A DNA stretch of 64,000 bases, taken from Marinicella sp. Lineage in GTDB: Bacteria > Pseudomonadota > Gammaproteobacteria > Xanthomonadales > Marinicellaceae. Numbering within the stretch: the stretch's first letter is position 1; each line of letters begins with the position of its first letter. This document shows positions 51,587 through 61,859 of this stretch, in pieces. The position numbers were made by a program, and so were the translations under genes. Location: contig OZ246001.1 in assembly GCA_965230295.1 (NCBI GenBank), positions 2,976,001 to 3,040,000 on the forward strand, in the 5' to 3' direction. A model generated the notes under the pieces. The model saw nothing but the letters and a program-made list of their open reading frames with translations, ran no database searches and was not told the origin of the DNA.

Positions 51587-52567
51587 ATGATTAAATCAAT
51601 TGGATTTAATAAATTAAAAGGGCTGGCATCTGCCGGTGCTTTGGGAATAGCGGGTATGCTGGGAGTAGGGGGCAATCGGGGAGGATCCAGCATTTCTGGA
51701 ACCCTCTCATTGACTGCTGACAATGTGGTCTGGAGATTCAATAATGAAGATTCATTTCCTACTTCAGGCACAGTCATCACCACCGGTGGAGCCATATATT
51801 CAGTCAGTCAATCAGCATATTGTGTCGTCGAAGCCATAGTCTTCGACAGCTTAGCAGCTTACTCAAATGCATTTGCCTTTGACAGTGCATTGATCTTAGG
51901 AGTTGATGGTAACTTATTTTTTAATCCAGATTCAACTGTGATTTTGGACGGAAATACAGTGACCTCTGATGTGGTTACAGACATCATTCCAGGGGTTGAT
52001 GCTCAAATTCAATACCGCATATTCACTGATCGAAAAGTAGTTAGGGGTTTATTTACTATGACCAATACTACACCAAATAGTATCAGTCTGAATGCTGCCA
52101 TTTTGGGCGGTTTTGGTGCGAATGAATCAGACATCAACATTGTGGCAACCAGTGATGCCGATACCAGCATAGATAATTCTGATTTGTGGTTTGTCACTGA
52201 CGAAGACACAGCCCAAGGTGGTGACGACCCAGTCATAACCACTACCAGGCATGGTGTTGATGCCGAAGTCGTTCCCACCAATGCCTTGACCCCGATCAAT
52301 GACGGTGCGGTTTATGGCCTCAGATACCAACTTAATATTGCAACAGGAGAAACGGTTCGGGTCATGGTGTTTCATGAACTGGGTTTGCCTAATTTGGTTG
52401 ACATCACAAATCAAGTTGCTAAAGCAGCTGATTTTGAATCGATGACATCATTAGATGCGGCTGGTTTGATCAATGATTTGAATGATTCTGTCAGAGACAC
52501 CATTGTGAACTATGGCGACAGTAACTTCATTGACGACATCTTCAAAGATGGATTTGAAAGCAATTGA
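51587..52567 (+). CDS. Exported hypothetical protein, NRGG-leader paralogue 2, IFxxGFE tail
   Basis: Start ATG 51587 (RBS GGGG); leader FNKLKGLASAGALGIAGMLGVGGNRGG; ends FIDDIFKDGFESN. Confidence 0.8.
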   Translation: MIKSIGFNKLKGLASAGALGIAGMLGVGGNRGGSSISGTLSLTADNVVWRFNNEDSFPTSGTVITTGGAIYSVSQSAYCVVEAIVFDSLAAYSNAFAFDSALILGVDGNLFFNPDSTVILDGNTVTSDVVTDIIPGVDAQIQYRIFTDRKVVRGLFTMTNTTPNSISLNAAILGGFGANESDINIVATSDADTSIDNSDLWFVTDEDTAQGGDDPVITTTRHGVDAEVVPTNALTPINDGAVYGLRYQLNIATGETVRVMVFHELGLPNLVDITNQVAKAADFESMTSLDAAGLINDLNDSVRDTIVNYGDSNFIDDIFKDGFESN

Positions 52568-52622
52568 AAAACAATCGATCAACACAGCTACCAGATAGGG
52601 TGCTCTTAATACTGGTAAAGAT

Positions 52623-54812
52623 ATGACTATTAAAGATTTACAACTCATCCACTTGGTTAATCAGTGTCTTGCAATGAATGATCGAAATCGTGTCGGACAA
52701 TTGATTCAGCAGGCCCCTAAACAAGCCGTACAATCTATCGGTTTTCAATACGCCCAGGGTATGTTAGCACTCTCAAGAAGTGATCATCATCAAGCGATTC
52801 AAAGCCTTAAGTCCATCAAACAATACTTTTTAGAAGATCACCAATTCCTTAATAACCTCGGACATGCCTTATTACAAGTAAAACAGTCAAATGATGCGTT
52901 GCTGTGTTTTGAAGAAGCTTTAGTTGTTCGACCTGATCATCAACAGATTCAGTACAACAGGGTTGCTGCGCTGATCGCCCTTGGTGAAGTGGAGAGTTCG
53001 GCTGATGCACTTAAACAGTTGCTTGAAAAAGATTCTCAAAATGCTCTATACCATTGTGCGCTGGCCGATGTCAACAGACTGTTGATGCGATACCAATCAG
53101 CCATCACTGGGTACCATAAAGCCATTGGTATTGATCCCAAAATGATTGCAGCACACAGTAACTTAAGTGTTTTATTGGTGGAGTTCGGGCAATATGATAA
53201 GGCTTTGAAGCATGCTGATAGGGCCCTCTTGTTAGCTCCTGAATTGATGTTAACCCATTTGAACAAAGGGAGGGTGTTGACGCGACTTGAGCGATTTGAA
53301 GAAGCCATGGTGTGTTTTGCAGATGGTTATGAAATTGAACAAAATTCGAGTACTTTGTGTGTTGAAATTGCCCACATGTGGCGGCTCAGCGGTGATTTGT
53401 TTGAAGCTGCTGATTGGTACCACAAAGCCTTGTCCCTGAATTCGGAATCTATTTCTGCCCAACTGGGTTTGGTTAAAATTCATCTGCACTCAGGTGAAAG
53501 TGAAAAAGCTTTACGAATGACAGCAGAATTGATGGCTAATAACCCAGACCATCATGAAATCATGCAAGCTCATGCCGATGCATTGTGGGATGAAGGTGAT
53601 GTTGAAACGGCACTATCTATCATCAACAATCTGACCGACCACTATCAACAAAATCCCAATGCCTTGAGTAAAGCAGCACAAATGATGGCCTCGTCTGGGT
53701 CGGTTGAAGAAAGTTATGAGTTGTATGAAAAGGCATTAGAATTGAATCCCAGATGCATTGCTGCATTGAATGGTTTAGCAGTCAAACAGGGCGGCCACTT
53801 CAATCATGATTTGGCAATGCGCATGAATGTCATGATCAACAACACACACATCAGACCTAATGGGCTGTCTTTATTACACAATGGTTTGGCCTATTATTTC
53901 CATGGAAACCAAGCCTATGAACAAGCGGCTTTTCACATGGCTGAAGCCAATGCCAATCAATGGAACAACATGAGTCGGCGCAATTGGGATTATGATTTGC
54001 ATCAACACCAAGCTCATATTCAAAACATCAAAAGCATATTCAGCCAAGAGTGGTTTGAGTCAGGGCTCTCTAGTGAAGTTGATAGTGAAGAACCCGTGTT
54101 TGTGGTATCTATGCCTCGATCTGGAACCACACTGACTGAGCAAATCTTATCCAGACACCCATTGGTGTTGGGCATAGGTGAGAGGAATTTTGTTAATAAA
54201 GCCATTCTCCAAATCAGCACAGGTTTTAATAATTGGCAGCAAGCCATACCTCACCTAAATCAAAAACAGCTGAATGAAGAGGCACAATCCTATCTGACTA
54301 AGTTGCATGCCATCAAGGCCCGTGATAACAAAGCTGAAGCCATCCGAGTAATTGATAAACTGCCTGACAATTACAGTAATTTAGGCTGGATTTTGGCCCT
54401 GTTTCCCAAAGCCAAAATCATTCATGTTAAACGCGACCCAAGAGATGTGGCACTGTCATGTTGGATGACGCAATTTGGCAAAATTCAATGGGCCAGTCGT
54501 TGGCCAGACTTATTAGATCGAATCCATCAATACCAATCCTTGATGCAGCATTGGCAAAGTGTAATTCCAGATCGTTTTATGGAAATCAACTATGAAGATT
54601 TAGTTCATGACCAAGAAAATATATCTAAACAAATGATCGAGTTTTTAGGATTGAAGTGGGATCCGGCTTGCCTCAGTTTTTATGATTCTGATCGCATTGT
54701 CAGAACTGCCAGCATCACGCAAGTTCGCAAGCCCATTTATCGGAAATCAGTCAACAAATGGAAGCATTATGAACCCTATATCAGTGAACTCAAAGACATC
54801 ATCTGCATCTAG
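52623..54812 (+). CDS. TPR-repeat sulfotransferase (PAPS-dependent, Sulfotransfer_3 / TPST-like)
   Basis: N-terminal TPRs, 5'-PSB motif MPRSGTTL, IDKLPDN, 3'-PB motif RDPRDVALS, YEDLV and TASITQVRKPIY; no signal peptide. Confidence 0.9.
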   Translation: MTIKDLQLIHLVNQCLAMNDRNRVGQLIQQAPKQAVQSIGFQYAQGMLALSRSDHHQAIQSLKSIKQYFLEDHQFLNNLGHALLQVKQSNDALLCFEEALVVRPDHQQIQYNRVAALIALGEVESSADALKQLLEKDSQNALYHCALADVNRLLMRYQSAITGYHKAIGIDPKMIAAHSNLSVLLVEFGQYDKALKHADRALLLAPELMLTHLNKGRVLTRLERFEEAMVCFADGYEIEQNSSTLCVEIAHMWRLSGDLFEAADWYHKALSLNSESISAQLGLVKIHLHSGESEKALRMTAELMANNPDHHEIMQAHADALWDEGDVETALSIINNLTDHYQQNPNALSKAAQMMASSGSVEESYELYEKALELNPRCIAALNGLAVKQGGHFNHDLAMRMNVMINNTHIRPNGLSLLHNGLAYYFHGNQAYEQAAFHMAEANANQWNNMSRRNWDYDLHQHQAHIQNIKSIFSQEWFESGLSSEVDSEEPVFVVSMPRSGTTLTEQILSRHPLVLGIGERNFVNKAILQISTGFNNWQQAIPHLNQKQLNEEAQSYLTKLHAIKARDNKAEAIRVIDKLPDNYSNLGWILALFPKAKIIHVKRDPRDVALSCWMTQFGKIQWASRWPDLLDRIHQYQSLMQHWQSVIPDRFMEINYEDLVHDQENISKQMIEFLGLKWDPACLSFYDSDRIVRTASITQVRKPIYRKSVNKWKHYEPYISELKDIICI

Positions 54813-55348
54813 AAATTTTAATATTCATGTTATTTTATTTGATAGTCAATAGAAAGCCCTTGGCTCTTCATTCATTTTCGTTTCCGAAAAAAATGAAAGC
54901 GAACTCGGTGAAAACACCTCTCTATTTCGGATGAGCTACGGAATTCAAGTAAGGCTAATTGCCTTTCAGGTAACTACCACGCTTTCATTACCTGCGTTGA
55001 TCCAACTGATCACCGGTTCTCCAACGAGCTGACACGTATTGAATCTTATTTACTTAATTCGCTTAATTAGAAATAGGGCAACTCACAAACACAGCTTTGG
55101 CCATATGCAAGATGTAGTTTTATTTACTTCCTTCTTACATGAGTCGAACAATCTTGTCGGTAATTCACAATTGATTAATTTCTACATGAGTACAATATCT
55201 TGTGTTTAATTCATTAGAACAGTATGTTTCCCACTAGATTTTTGAATTCAGGACAAATCACCTTGATTCAACAATGACTAAACTCTATGAATTCTTAAAA
55301 TTTGAATAAAGGTTCAAACACAATCTCTTTTTTTTTCGGATAAAACAG

Positions 55349-55375
55349 TTAGGTATAAATCAGGGTTATGTCAGG
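55349..55375 (+). promoter_or_regulatory. Three 11-bp-phased TCAGG-like boxes
   Basis: TTAGG 55349, TCAGG 55360, TCAGG 55371. Confidence 0.6.
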
Positions 55376-55428
55376 TTTTTTTCGTTCATTAGTCATTTAA
55401 TTAACCTGTTCAAAACCAAGGATTAATT

Positions 55429-57363
55429 ATGGCTAAATTTCATTATTTTTTAATACTTTTGTTCTCATGTTTCTCTTCATACGGGTCTTCCCTTTCTGGT
55501 ACGGTGACTGGAGATGGATTGCCGTTACAGGGTGCAACCGTTCATGCTCAAGACACGAATACATCGATTGAAGTAACTACTCAGACTGACATTAATGGTG
55601 ATTACACCATTCAATTATCACCAGGTACTTATGAAGTATGGGCTGATGCTCCTTCAAACGCCAATTACGGATCTTCTCCAACAGCAAACATTGTTCTTGG
55701 AACAGATCCAATTTTTTACGACATTTCTTTCATATCGCCTCCAAACCCGACTTACAACGTGAGTGGTTATGTTTTGGATCAACATGGTTTGCCTGTAACC
55801 ACAAGTCAATATCATCAAGTTACATTAGAGAATTCGGCCAATAGGTACACAATTGATGTCAACCCAGATGGGAGTTATTCAGGCGATGTCGAATCAGGCA
55901 CTTATGATGTAGAGATTTATTTCTCAGAAGACAATTCATCCTCCATGTCATACAGAGGCAGCCATGGTCAAATTACCATCTCCAACCACGATGTGATACA
56001 AGACTATATGCTAGAAATGTACACATTGGATGTCAGTGTGGTTGATACGAATGGACTTGCTGTACCAAACGCAGAAGTGTTTATTAATACATCACCATAC
56101 ATATTTGGAAATGATGACCATACTGATACAAATGGCCATTTGAGTTTGCATGCTTTGGCCCACAATAATTATAGTGTAATGGTATTTCCTCCAGTCAATT
56201 CTGGGCTGGCAAATGGAGGGGTGAGTTCTGTTGATGTGACCAATGATCAAACAGTTCAAGTAACTTTACAACCACTGCCTCAAAGATTTAATGTCAGTGG
56301 TTATGTTTTGGATCAACATGGTTTGCCTGTAACCACAAGTCAATATCATCAAGTTACATTAGAGAATTCGGCCAATAGGTACACAATCGATGTCAACCCA
56401 GATGGGAGTTATTCAGGCGATGTCGAATCAGGCACTTATGATGTAGAGATTTATTTCTCAGAAGACAATTCATCCTCCATGTCATACAGAGGCAGCCATG
56501 GTCAAATTACCATCTCCAACCACGATGTGATACAAGACTATATGCTAGAAATGTACACATTGGATGTCAGTGTGGTTGATACGAATGGACTTGCTGTACC
56601 AAACGCAGAAGTGTTTATTAATACATCACCATACATATTTGGAAATGATGACCATACTGATACAAATGGCCATTTGAGTTTGCATGCTTTGGCCCACAAT
56701 AATTATAGTGTAATGGTATTTCCTCCAGTCAATTCTGGGCTGGCAAATGGAGGGGTGAGTTCTGTTGATGTGACCAATGATCAAACAGTTCAAGTAACTT
56801 TACAACCACAGCCTCAAAGATTTAATGTCAGTGGTTATGTTTTGGATCAAGATGGTTTGCCAGTATCCAATGTAGTGGAATTATGGTTTGAGAATGTAAA
56901 TAGTAGCTACTTTATTAATACCAATCCAGATGGAAGTTACTCAGGAGATGTCGAACCAGGTACTTATGATGTAGAGATTTATTTCTCAGAAGACAATTCA
57001 TCCTCCATGTCATACAGAGGCAGCCATGGTCAAATTACCATCTCCAACCACGATGTGATACAAGACTATATGCTAGAAATGTACACATTGGATGTCAGTG
57101 TGGTTGATACGAATGGACTTGCTGTACCAAACGCAGAAGTGTTTATTAATACATCACCATACATATTTGGAAATGATGACCATACTGATACAAATGGCCA
57201 TTTGAGTTTGCGTGCTTTGGCCCACAATAATTATAGTGTAATGGTATTTCCTCCAGTCAATTCTGGGCTGGTTATTGGAGAATTGAATTCAGTTGATGTA
57301 ACCGGTGATCGAACTGTTCAGGTTATTTTGCAGCGAGTAATTATATTCAGTAGTGGGTTTTAA
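55429..57363 (+). CDS. Exported protein with carboxypeptidase-regulatory-like (prealbumin-fold) repeats, IFxxGF tail
   Basis: Signal peptide, 'SGTVTGDGLPLQGATV...TDINGDY', three 178-aa repeats; ends RVIIFSSGF. Confidence 0.82.
   Translation: MAKFHYFLILLFSCFSSYGSSLSGTVTGDGLPLQGATVHAQDTNTSIEVTTQTDINGDYTIQLSPGTYEVWADAPSNANYGSSPTANIVLGTDPIFYDISFISPPNPTYNVSGYVLDQHGLPVTTSQYHQVTLENSANRYTIDVNPDGSYSGDVESGTYDVEIYFSEDNSSSMSYRGSHGQITISNHDVIQDYMLEMYTLDVSVVDTNGLAVPNAEVFINTSPYIFGNDDHTDTNGHLSLHALAHNNYSVMVFPPVNSGLANGGVSSVDVTNDQTVQVTLQPLPQRFNVSGYVLDQHGLPVTTSQYHQVTLENSANRYTIDVNPDGSYSGDVESGTYDVEIYFSEDNSSSMSYRGSHGQITISNHDVIQDYMLEMYTLDVSVVDTNGLAVPNAEVFINTSPYIFGNDDHTDTNGHLSLHALAHNNYSVMVFPPVNSGLANGGVSSVDVTNDQTVQVTLQPQPQRFNVSGYVLDQDGLPVSNVVELWFENVNSSYFINTNPDGSYSGDVEPGTYDVEIYFSEDNSSSMSYRGSHGQITISNHDVIQDYMLEMYTLDVSVVDTNGLAVPNAEVFINTSPYIFGNDDHTDTNGHLSLRALAHNNYSVMVFPPVNSGLVIGELNSVDVTGDRTVQVILQRVIIFSSGF
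55762..57330 (+). repeat. About three tandem 534-bp near-identical intragenic repeats
   Basis: AGTGGTTATGTTTTGGATCAA recurs at 55762, 56296 and 56830. Confidence 0.9.
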
Positions 57364-57384
57364 TAACTATACATACAAACCTTT

Positions 57385-57420
57385 AATCAGTGCTGCTATA
57401 GACAGCGGCACTGATTTTTA
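57385..57420 (+). terminator. Intrinsic terminator
   Basis: AATCAGTGCTGCT-atagac-AGCGGCACTGATT followed by TTT. Confidence 0.75.
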
Positions 57421-57833
57421 CTTTTACATTATCGAGAAACTACTTCAAAAGAAGAATGAATGAGTGGTTTACTCAGATTTCGCTTTAAAAACTGTAGATA
57501 ATTCTTCTAATCCTTTGCATACCTTTTTTGATAATTGAAGTTTTTCAGGAAATCTCTTTGCTACCAATTATGCATGTGCTTATTTGTGACACTAAATTCG
57601 CCAATAATCATTAATATAGCATTTGCAATCAGAGTATCATGTTTGTGCAACAGATTAAATATTATTGAAGGTTTTTCAGAACTCATTTAAAAACTCTTGG
57701 TCTCTGGCTTAAAATGACAATGTATCATTTTCTTTACTGATTTTTTCTGTTCTTAGTATAATTTTTAAAGATCATTTAACCCTATTTATTTTTAAACACT
57801 AATTCACAATCACTTCTTTTTCGAATAAAACAG

Positions 57834-57860
57834 TTAGGTATAAATCAGGGGTATGTCAGG
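57834..57860 (+). promoter_or_regulatory. Three 11-bp-phased TCAGG-like boxes (duplicated promoter)
   Basis: TTAGG 57834, TCAGG 57845, TCAGG 57856; about 100 bp upstream is nearly identical to the 55429 promoter. Confidence 0.6.
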
Positions 57861-57913
57861 TTTTTTTCGTTCATTAGTCATTTAATTAACCTGTTGAAAA
57901 CCTGAGATTAATT

Positions 57914-60900
57914 ATGACTAAATTAAATTTTTTTCTATTACTGTTCCTTTTATCTTTTTCCGCAAATGGATCTACCATCTCTGGAACGGTGACTGGAGAT
58001 GGTTCGCCTTTGCAGGGTGCAACCATTCATGCTCAAGACACGAATACATCGATTGAAGTAACTACTCAGACTGACATAAATGGTGATTACACCATTCAAT
58101 TATCAGCTGGGACTTATGAAGTATGGGCTGATGCACCTACAAACACGAACTATGGCACGTCTCCAATTGACAGCATTGTCCTTGGAACAAACCCAGTTGC
58201 TTACAACATTGCATTTATTTCACCTCCAAATCCAACTTACAATGTCAGTGGCAATGTATTGGATCAAAATGGATCACCAATATCCAATGATGGAGGGTGG
58301 ATGAGGTTAGAGGGTTCAAATTCTAATAATAATTATAACATTGCTATAAATCCTGACGGGAGTTACTCAGGCGATGTAGAGCCAGATACTTATGGTGTGG
58401 GAATCCTTTTTCAAGAACCTATTCCATATTTTTCCTATCATAATGAAGAGCAGGGACAAATAACTGTTCCTAGTCAAAATGTGGTTCAAGATTATGTCAT
58501 CCCAATGAACACATTGGTAGTCAATGTGGTTGATTCAAATGGATTCCATATAGCAAATTCAAGTGTTGATATAGAAACTGAATCCCATATTTTTGTTAAC
58601 GAAGGTACCACTGATGCCAGTGGCCAAGTGAGCTTGCGTACTTTTGCTGATAACAACTACAAGGTTACCGTGAGTCCACCAATCAATTCGGGCCTGGTTT
58701 TTGCACATGTTAATTCTGTTGATGTAACCAGTGATCAATCGATTCAAGTTGTTTTGCAGCCACAAGCTCCAAGATTTAATGTCAGTGGCAATGTACTGGA
58801 TCAAAATGGATCACCAATATCCAATGATGGAGGGTGGATGAGGTTAGAGGGTTCAAATTCTAATAATAATTATAACATTGCTATAAATCCTGACGGGAGT
58901 TACTCAGGCGATGTAGAGCCAGATACTTATGGTGTGGGAATCCTTTTTCAAGAACCTATTCCATATTTTTCCTATCATAATGAAGAGCAGGGACAAATAA
59001 CTGTTCCTAGTCAAAATGTGGTTCAAGATTATGTCATCCCAATGAACACATTGGTAGTCAATGTGGTTGATTCAAATGGATTCCATATAGCAAATTCAAG
59101 CGTTGATATAGAAACTGAATCCCATATTTTTGTTAACGAAGGTACCACTGATGCCAGTGGCCAAGTGAGCTTGCGTGCTTTTGCTGATAATAACTACAGG
59201 GTTACGGTGAGTCCACCAATCAATTCGGGCCTGGTTTTTGCACATGTTAATTCTGTTGATGTAACCAGTGATCAATCGATTCAAGTTGTTTTGCAGCCAC
59301 AAGCTCCAAGATTTAATGTCAGTGGCAATGTACTGGATCAAAATGGATCACCAATATCCAATGATGGAGGGTGGATGAGGTTAGAGGGTTCAAATTCTAA
59401 TAATAATTATAACATTGCTATAAATCCTGACGGGAGTTACTCAGGCGATGTAGAGCCAGATACTTATGGTGTGGGAATCCTTTTTCAAGAACCTATTCCA
59501 TATTTTTCCTATCATAATGAAGAGCAGGGACAAATAACTGTTCCTAGTCAAAATGTGGTTCAAGATTATGTCATCCCAATGAACACATTGGTAGTCAATG
59601 TGGTTGATTCAAATGGATTCCATATAGCAAATTCAAGCGTTGATATAGAAACTGAATCCCATATTTTTGTTAACGAAGGTACCACTGATGCCAGTGGCCA
59701 AGTGAGCTTGCGTACTTTTGCTGATAACAACTACAAGGTTACCGTGAGTCCACCAATCAATTCGGGATTTGATTCTCAGTCAACAAATGGCAATGATTTC
59801 TCAAACGATTCTTTTTTTACCGCTGTATTGGTTTTGCCAGATATTTCAGCACCAACACTGTTGTCAGGCCCACATATAACTGATGTTTCACAATCCAGTG
59901 CAACTGTAGAATGGCAAACAGATGAACCGGCAGCAAGTATAGTAAACATCAATGGTACGACGTATTCAAATGGAAGTAATGATTACAGTACTTTGCACAA
60001 CATACTTGTTGATAATTTGCAGATCAACACTGAATATTCATTTGTTGTTGAATCTGAAGATCAATCAGGAAATACATTGGTCAGTAACACCGACAATTTC
60101 AGAACCAATGATGTTCAGGATATCCATTCACCTGTATTGACTTTTGGACCACAGGCCCATTCAATCAATCATGATCAGGTCATCATTGATTGGGAAACCA
60201 ATGAAGCAACTCATGGCATTGTCATGTATCGAGAAGAAGGAACCAATACTTGGCTGACAATCAATGATAACTCACTTGAATCCAATCATGAGGTGGTAGT
60301 TCCTGGCTTGTCATCGTCTACTCGCTATGAGTTTCAAGTATCTTCGAGTGATGCCCACCTTAACAGCCAAACCCTTTCTCAAGTTAAGACGTTTGAGACA
60401 ACTCAAAACCCTGAGTCAAATCCACCAGTCATTGTATCAGGTCCAGTACTTGTGAATTTAACCCATGATTCTGTTGCCATTGAATGGAAGACCAATGAAC
60501 CTGCCACTTCAGGGGTCTCATACAATGATGGTGTGTCTCATGGGGTTTATCAAAGCGATCATTTGGTCACCAACCATTTGGTTACTTTAAAAGGTCTTGA
60601 AGCAAGCACCCTTTACAATTTTGGTGTTTCGAGCACAGATGGCAATGGCAATGGACCTGTGTTGAGTCAAATGGATTCATTCACAACCCAAAGTCAATCA
60701 AACCCAGGTGTTCTTGATTTTGTCGGCTTACCCAAGGTGATCGGTGTGACAACAGATTCTGTGATTATCCAGGTCAGAACAACATTGCCTGCAGATTCAC
60801 TGTTAACCTTTGGTAGCAATGCCAACAGTTTGAATGACGGGGTACCGAAAACAGATCTACAAACCAGTCAATTGATACATTTGAACTCATTGAACCCAGG

Positions 60901-61843
60901 TGAAACATATTATTATCAAGTTCAATCAAGCAGTCCATCTGGTGATCAAATACAAACCAGCATTCTATCATTTGAAACACTCAGACAACCCAAGGTTCAA
61001 CCTCCATTGTTTACAGATGAGCCAAAGGTTGTTGGTCAAGACCAAGATAAATCAGTAATCAGCTGGAAAACAGATGTACCAACACGTTATGTGATCAACA
61101 GTCAATCCAATGGACAGGTCCAAAGGGTGGATCATGGTCATTTTGATAGAGAGCATACCTTTGTGTTGTCAGACCCGGGATTGAATGCGGTCGTTGACGT
61201 TGAAGTTGATGATGTCAATGGAAATCATTCGACCTATAACTTGAGTACAGCTGCTGGACTGTCGACTCCACAAACTCAGGCCACCATCCCGATTGTCGAT
61301 TACTTGAGCTCGGATAAAGCGGTGTTCAGTTGGGCTACAGCAAGTCCAGGTGACAGTCGTTTAGTCTTGAAACCGTGTGAGGCATGTGCTGAGAATCATT
61401 ATGGAAGTGTAGATATCACCAAAGACCACCAGGCCATGGTTTCAGGGTTATCTCCAGGGACAGCGTATGACGTTTATATCCGATCTAATGATGTGAATGG
61501 TGCAGAACTGGTGAATCAACAAATCCAGTTCACCACCGAACTTCAGGCAGATAAAACTAAACCAGTTATAACAGCTGTGCTGATTGAAGAGGTGCTTGGG
61601 TATGGTTCAAAGGTTTCTTGGTCAACTGATGAATTATCGACAGGTGAAGTCAGAATTCATACTGCTGATGGGGTTATTCAGCTGGGTCATATGGATGTGT
61701 CTCGCGAGCATGAAGTATATGTTTGGGTTGATTCGAATCTGATTAGTTTCATCGAAATTACTTCGATTGACTTAAGTGGTAATAAGCAAGATACATATAT
61801 AGGAGAAGATGCACCCATATTCAGGGATGGGTTTGATAATTAA
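57914..61843 (+). CDS. Large exported protein: carboxypeptidase-regulatory-like repeats plus FN3-like repeats, IFxxGFD tail
   Basis: Signal peptide, N-domain paralogous to 55429, ~three 179-aa repeats, then 'W.T.E.....H......L...T.Y.F.V.S.D' FN3-like units; ends DAPIFRDGFDN. Confidence 0.82.
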   Translation: MTKLNFFLLLFLLSFSANGSTISGTVTGDGSPLQGATIHAQDTNTSIEVTTQTDINGDYTIQLSAGTYEVWADAPTNTNYGTSPIDSIVLGTNPVAYNIAFISPPNPTYNVSGNVLDQNGSPISNDGGWMRLEGSNSNNNYNIAINPDGSYSGDVEPDTYGVGILFQEPIPYFSYHNEEQGQITVPSQNVVQDYVIPMNTLVVNVVDSNGFHIANSSVDIETESHIFVNEGTTDASGQVSLRTFADNNYKVTVSPPINSGLVFAHVNSVDVTSDQSIQVVLQPQAPRFNVSGNVLDQNGSPISNDGGWMRLEGSNSNNNYNIAINPDGSYSGDVEPDTYGVGILFQEPIPYFSYHNEEQGQITVPSQNVVQDYVIPMNTLVVNVVDSNGFHIANSSVDIETESHIFVNEGTTDASGQVSLRAFADNNYRVTVSPPINSGLVFAHVNSVDVTSDQSIQVVLQPQAPRFNVSGNVLDQNGSPISNDGGWMRLEGSNSNNNYNIAINPDGSYSGDVEPDTYGVGILFQEPIPYFSYHNEEQGQITVPSQNVVQDYVIPMNTLVVNVVDSNGFHIANSSVDIETESHIFVNEGTTDASGQVSLRTFADNNYKVTVSPPINSGFDSQSTNGNDFSNDSFFTAVLVLPDISAPTLLSGPHITDVSQSSATVEWQTDEPAASIVNINGTTYSNGSNDYSTLHNILVDNLQINTEYSFVVESEDQSGNTLVSNTDNFRTNDVQDIHSPVLTFGPQAHSINHDQVIIDWETNEATHGIVMYREEGTNTWLTINDNSLESNHEVVVPGLSSSTRYEFQVSSSDAHLNSQTLSQVKTFETTQNPESNPPVIVSGPVLVNLTHDSVAIEWKTNEPATSGVSYNDGVSHGVYQSDHLVTNHLVTLKGLEASTLYNFGVSSTDGNGNGPVLSQMDSFTTQSQSNPGVLDFVGLPKVIGVTTDSVIIQVRTTLPADSLLTFGSNANSLNDGVPKTDLQTSQLIHLNSLNPGETYYYQVQSSSPSGDQIQTSILSFETLRQPKVQPPLFTDEPKVVGQDQDKSVISWKTDVPTRYVINSQSNGQVQRVDHGHFDREHTFVLSDPGLNAVVDVEVDDVNGNHSTYNLSTAAGLSTPQTQATIPIVDYLSSDKAVFSWATASPGDSRLVLKPCEACAENHYGSVDITKDHQAMVSGLSPGTAYDVYIRSNDVNGAELVNQQIQFTTELQADKTKPVITAVLIEEVLGYGSKVSWSTDELSTGEVRIHTADGVIQLGHMDVSREHEVYVWVDSNLISFIEITSIDLSGNKQDTYIGEDAPIFRDGFDN
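58241..59767 (+). repeat. About 2.8 tandem 537-bp near-identical intragenic repeats
   Basis: AATGTCAGTGGCAATGTA recurs at 58241, 58778 and 59315. Confidence 0.9.
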
Positions 61844-61859
61844 TCTTAATATACATTTA

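Noticed and set aside
55762-59767. Long tandem repeats as a CRISPR array or DGR template/variable repeats
   Set aside because: Units are 534/537 bp, in frame and protein-coding, with no spacers, cas genes or reverse transcriptase, and differences are not adenine-specific.
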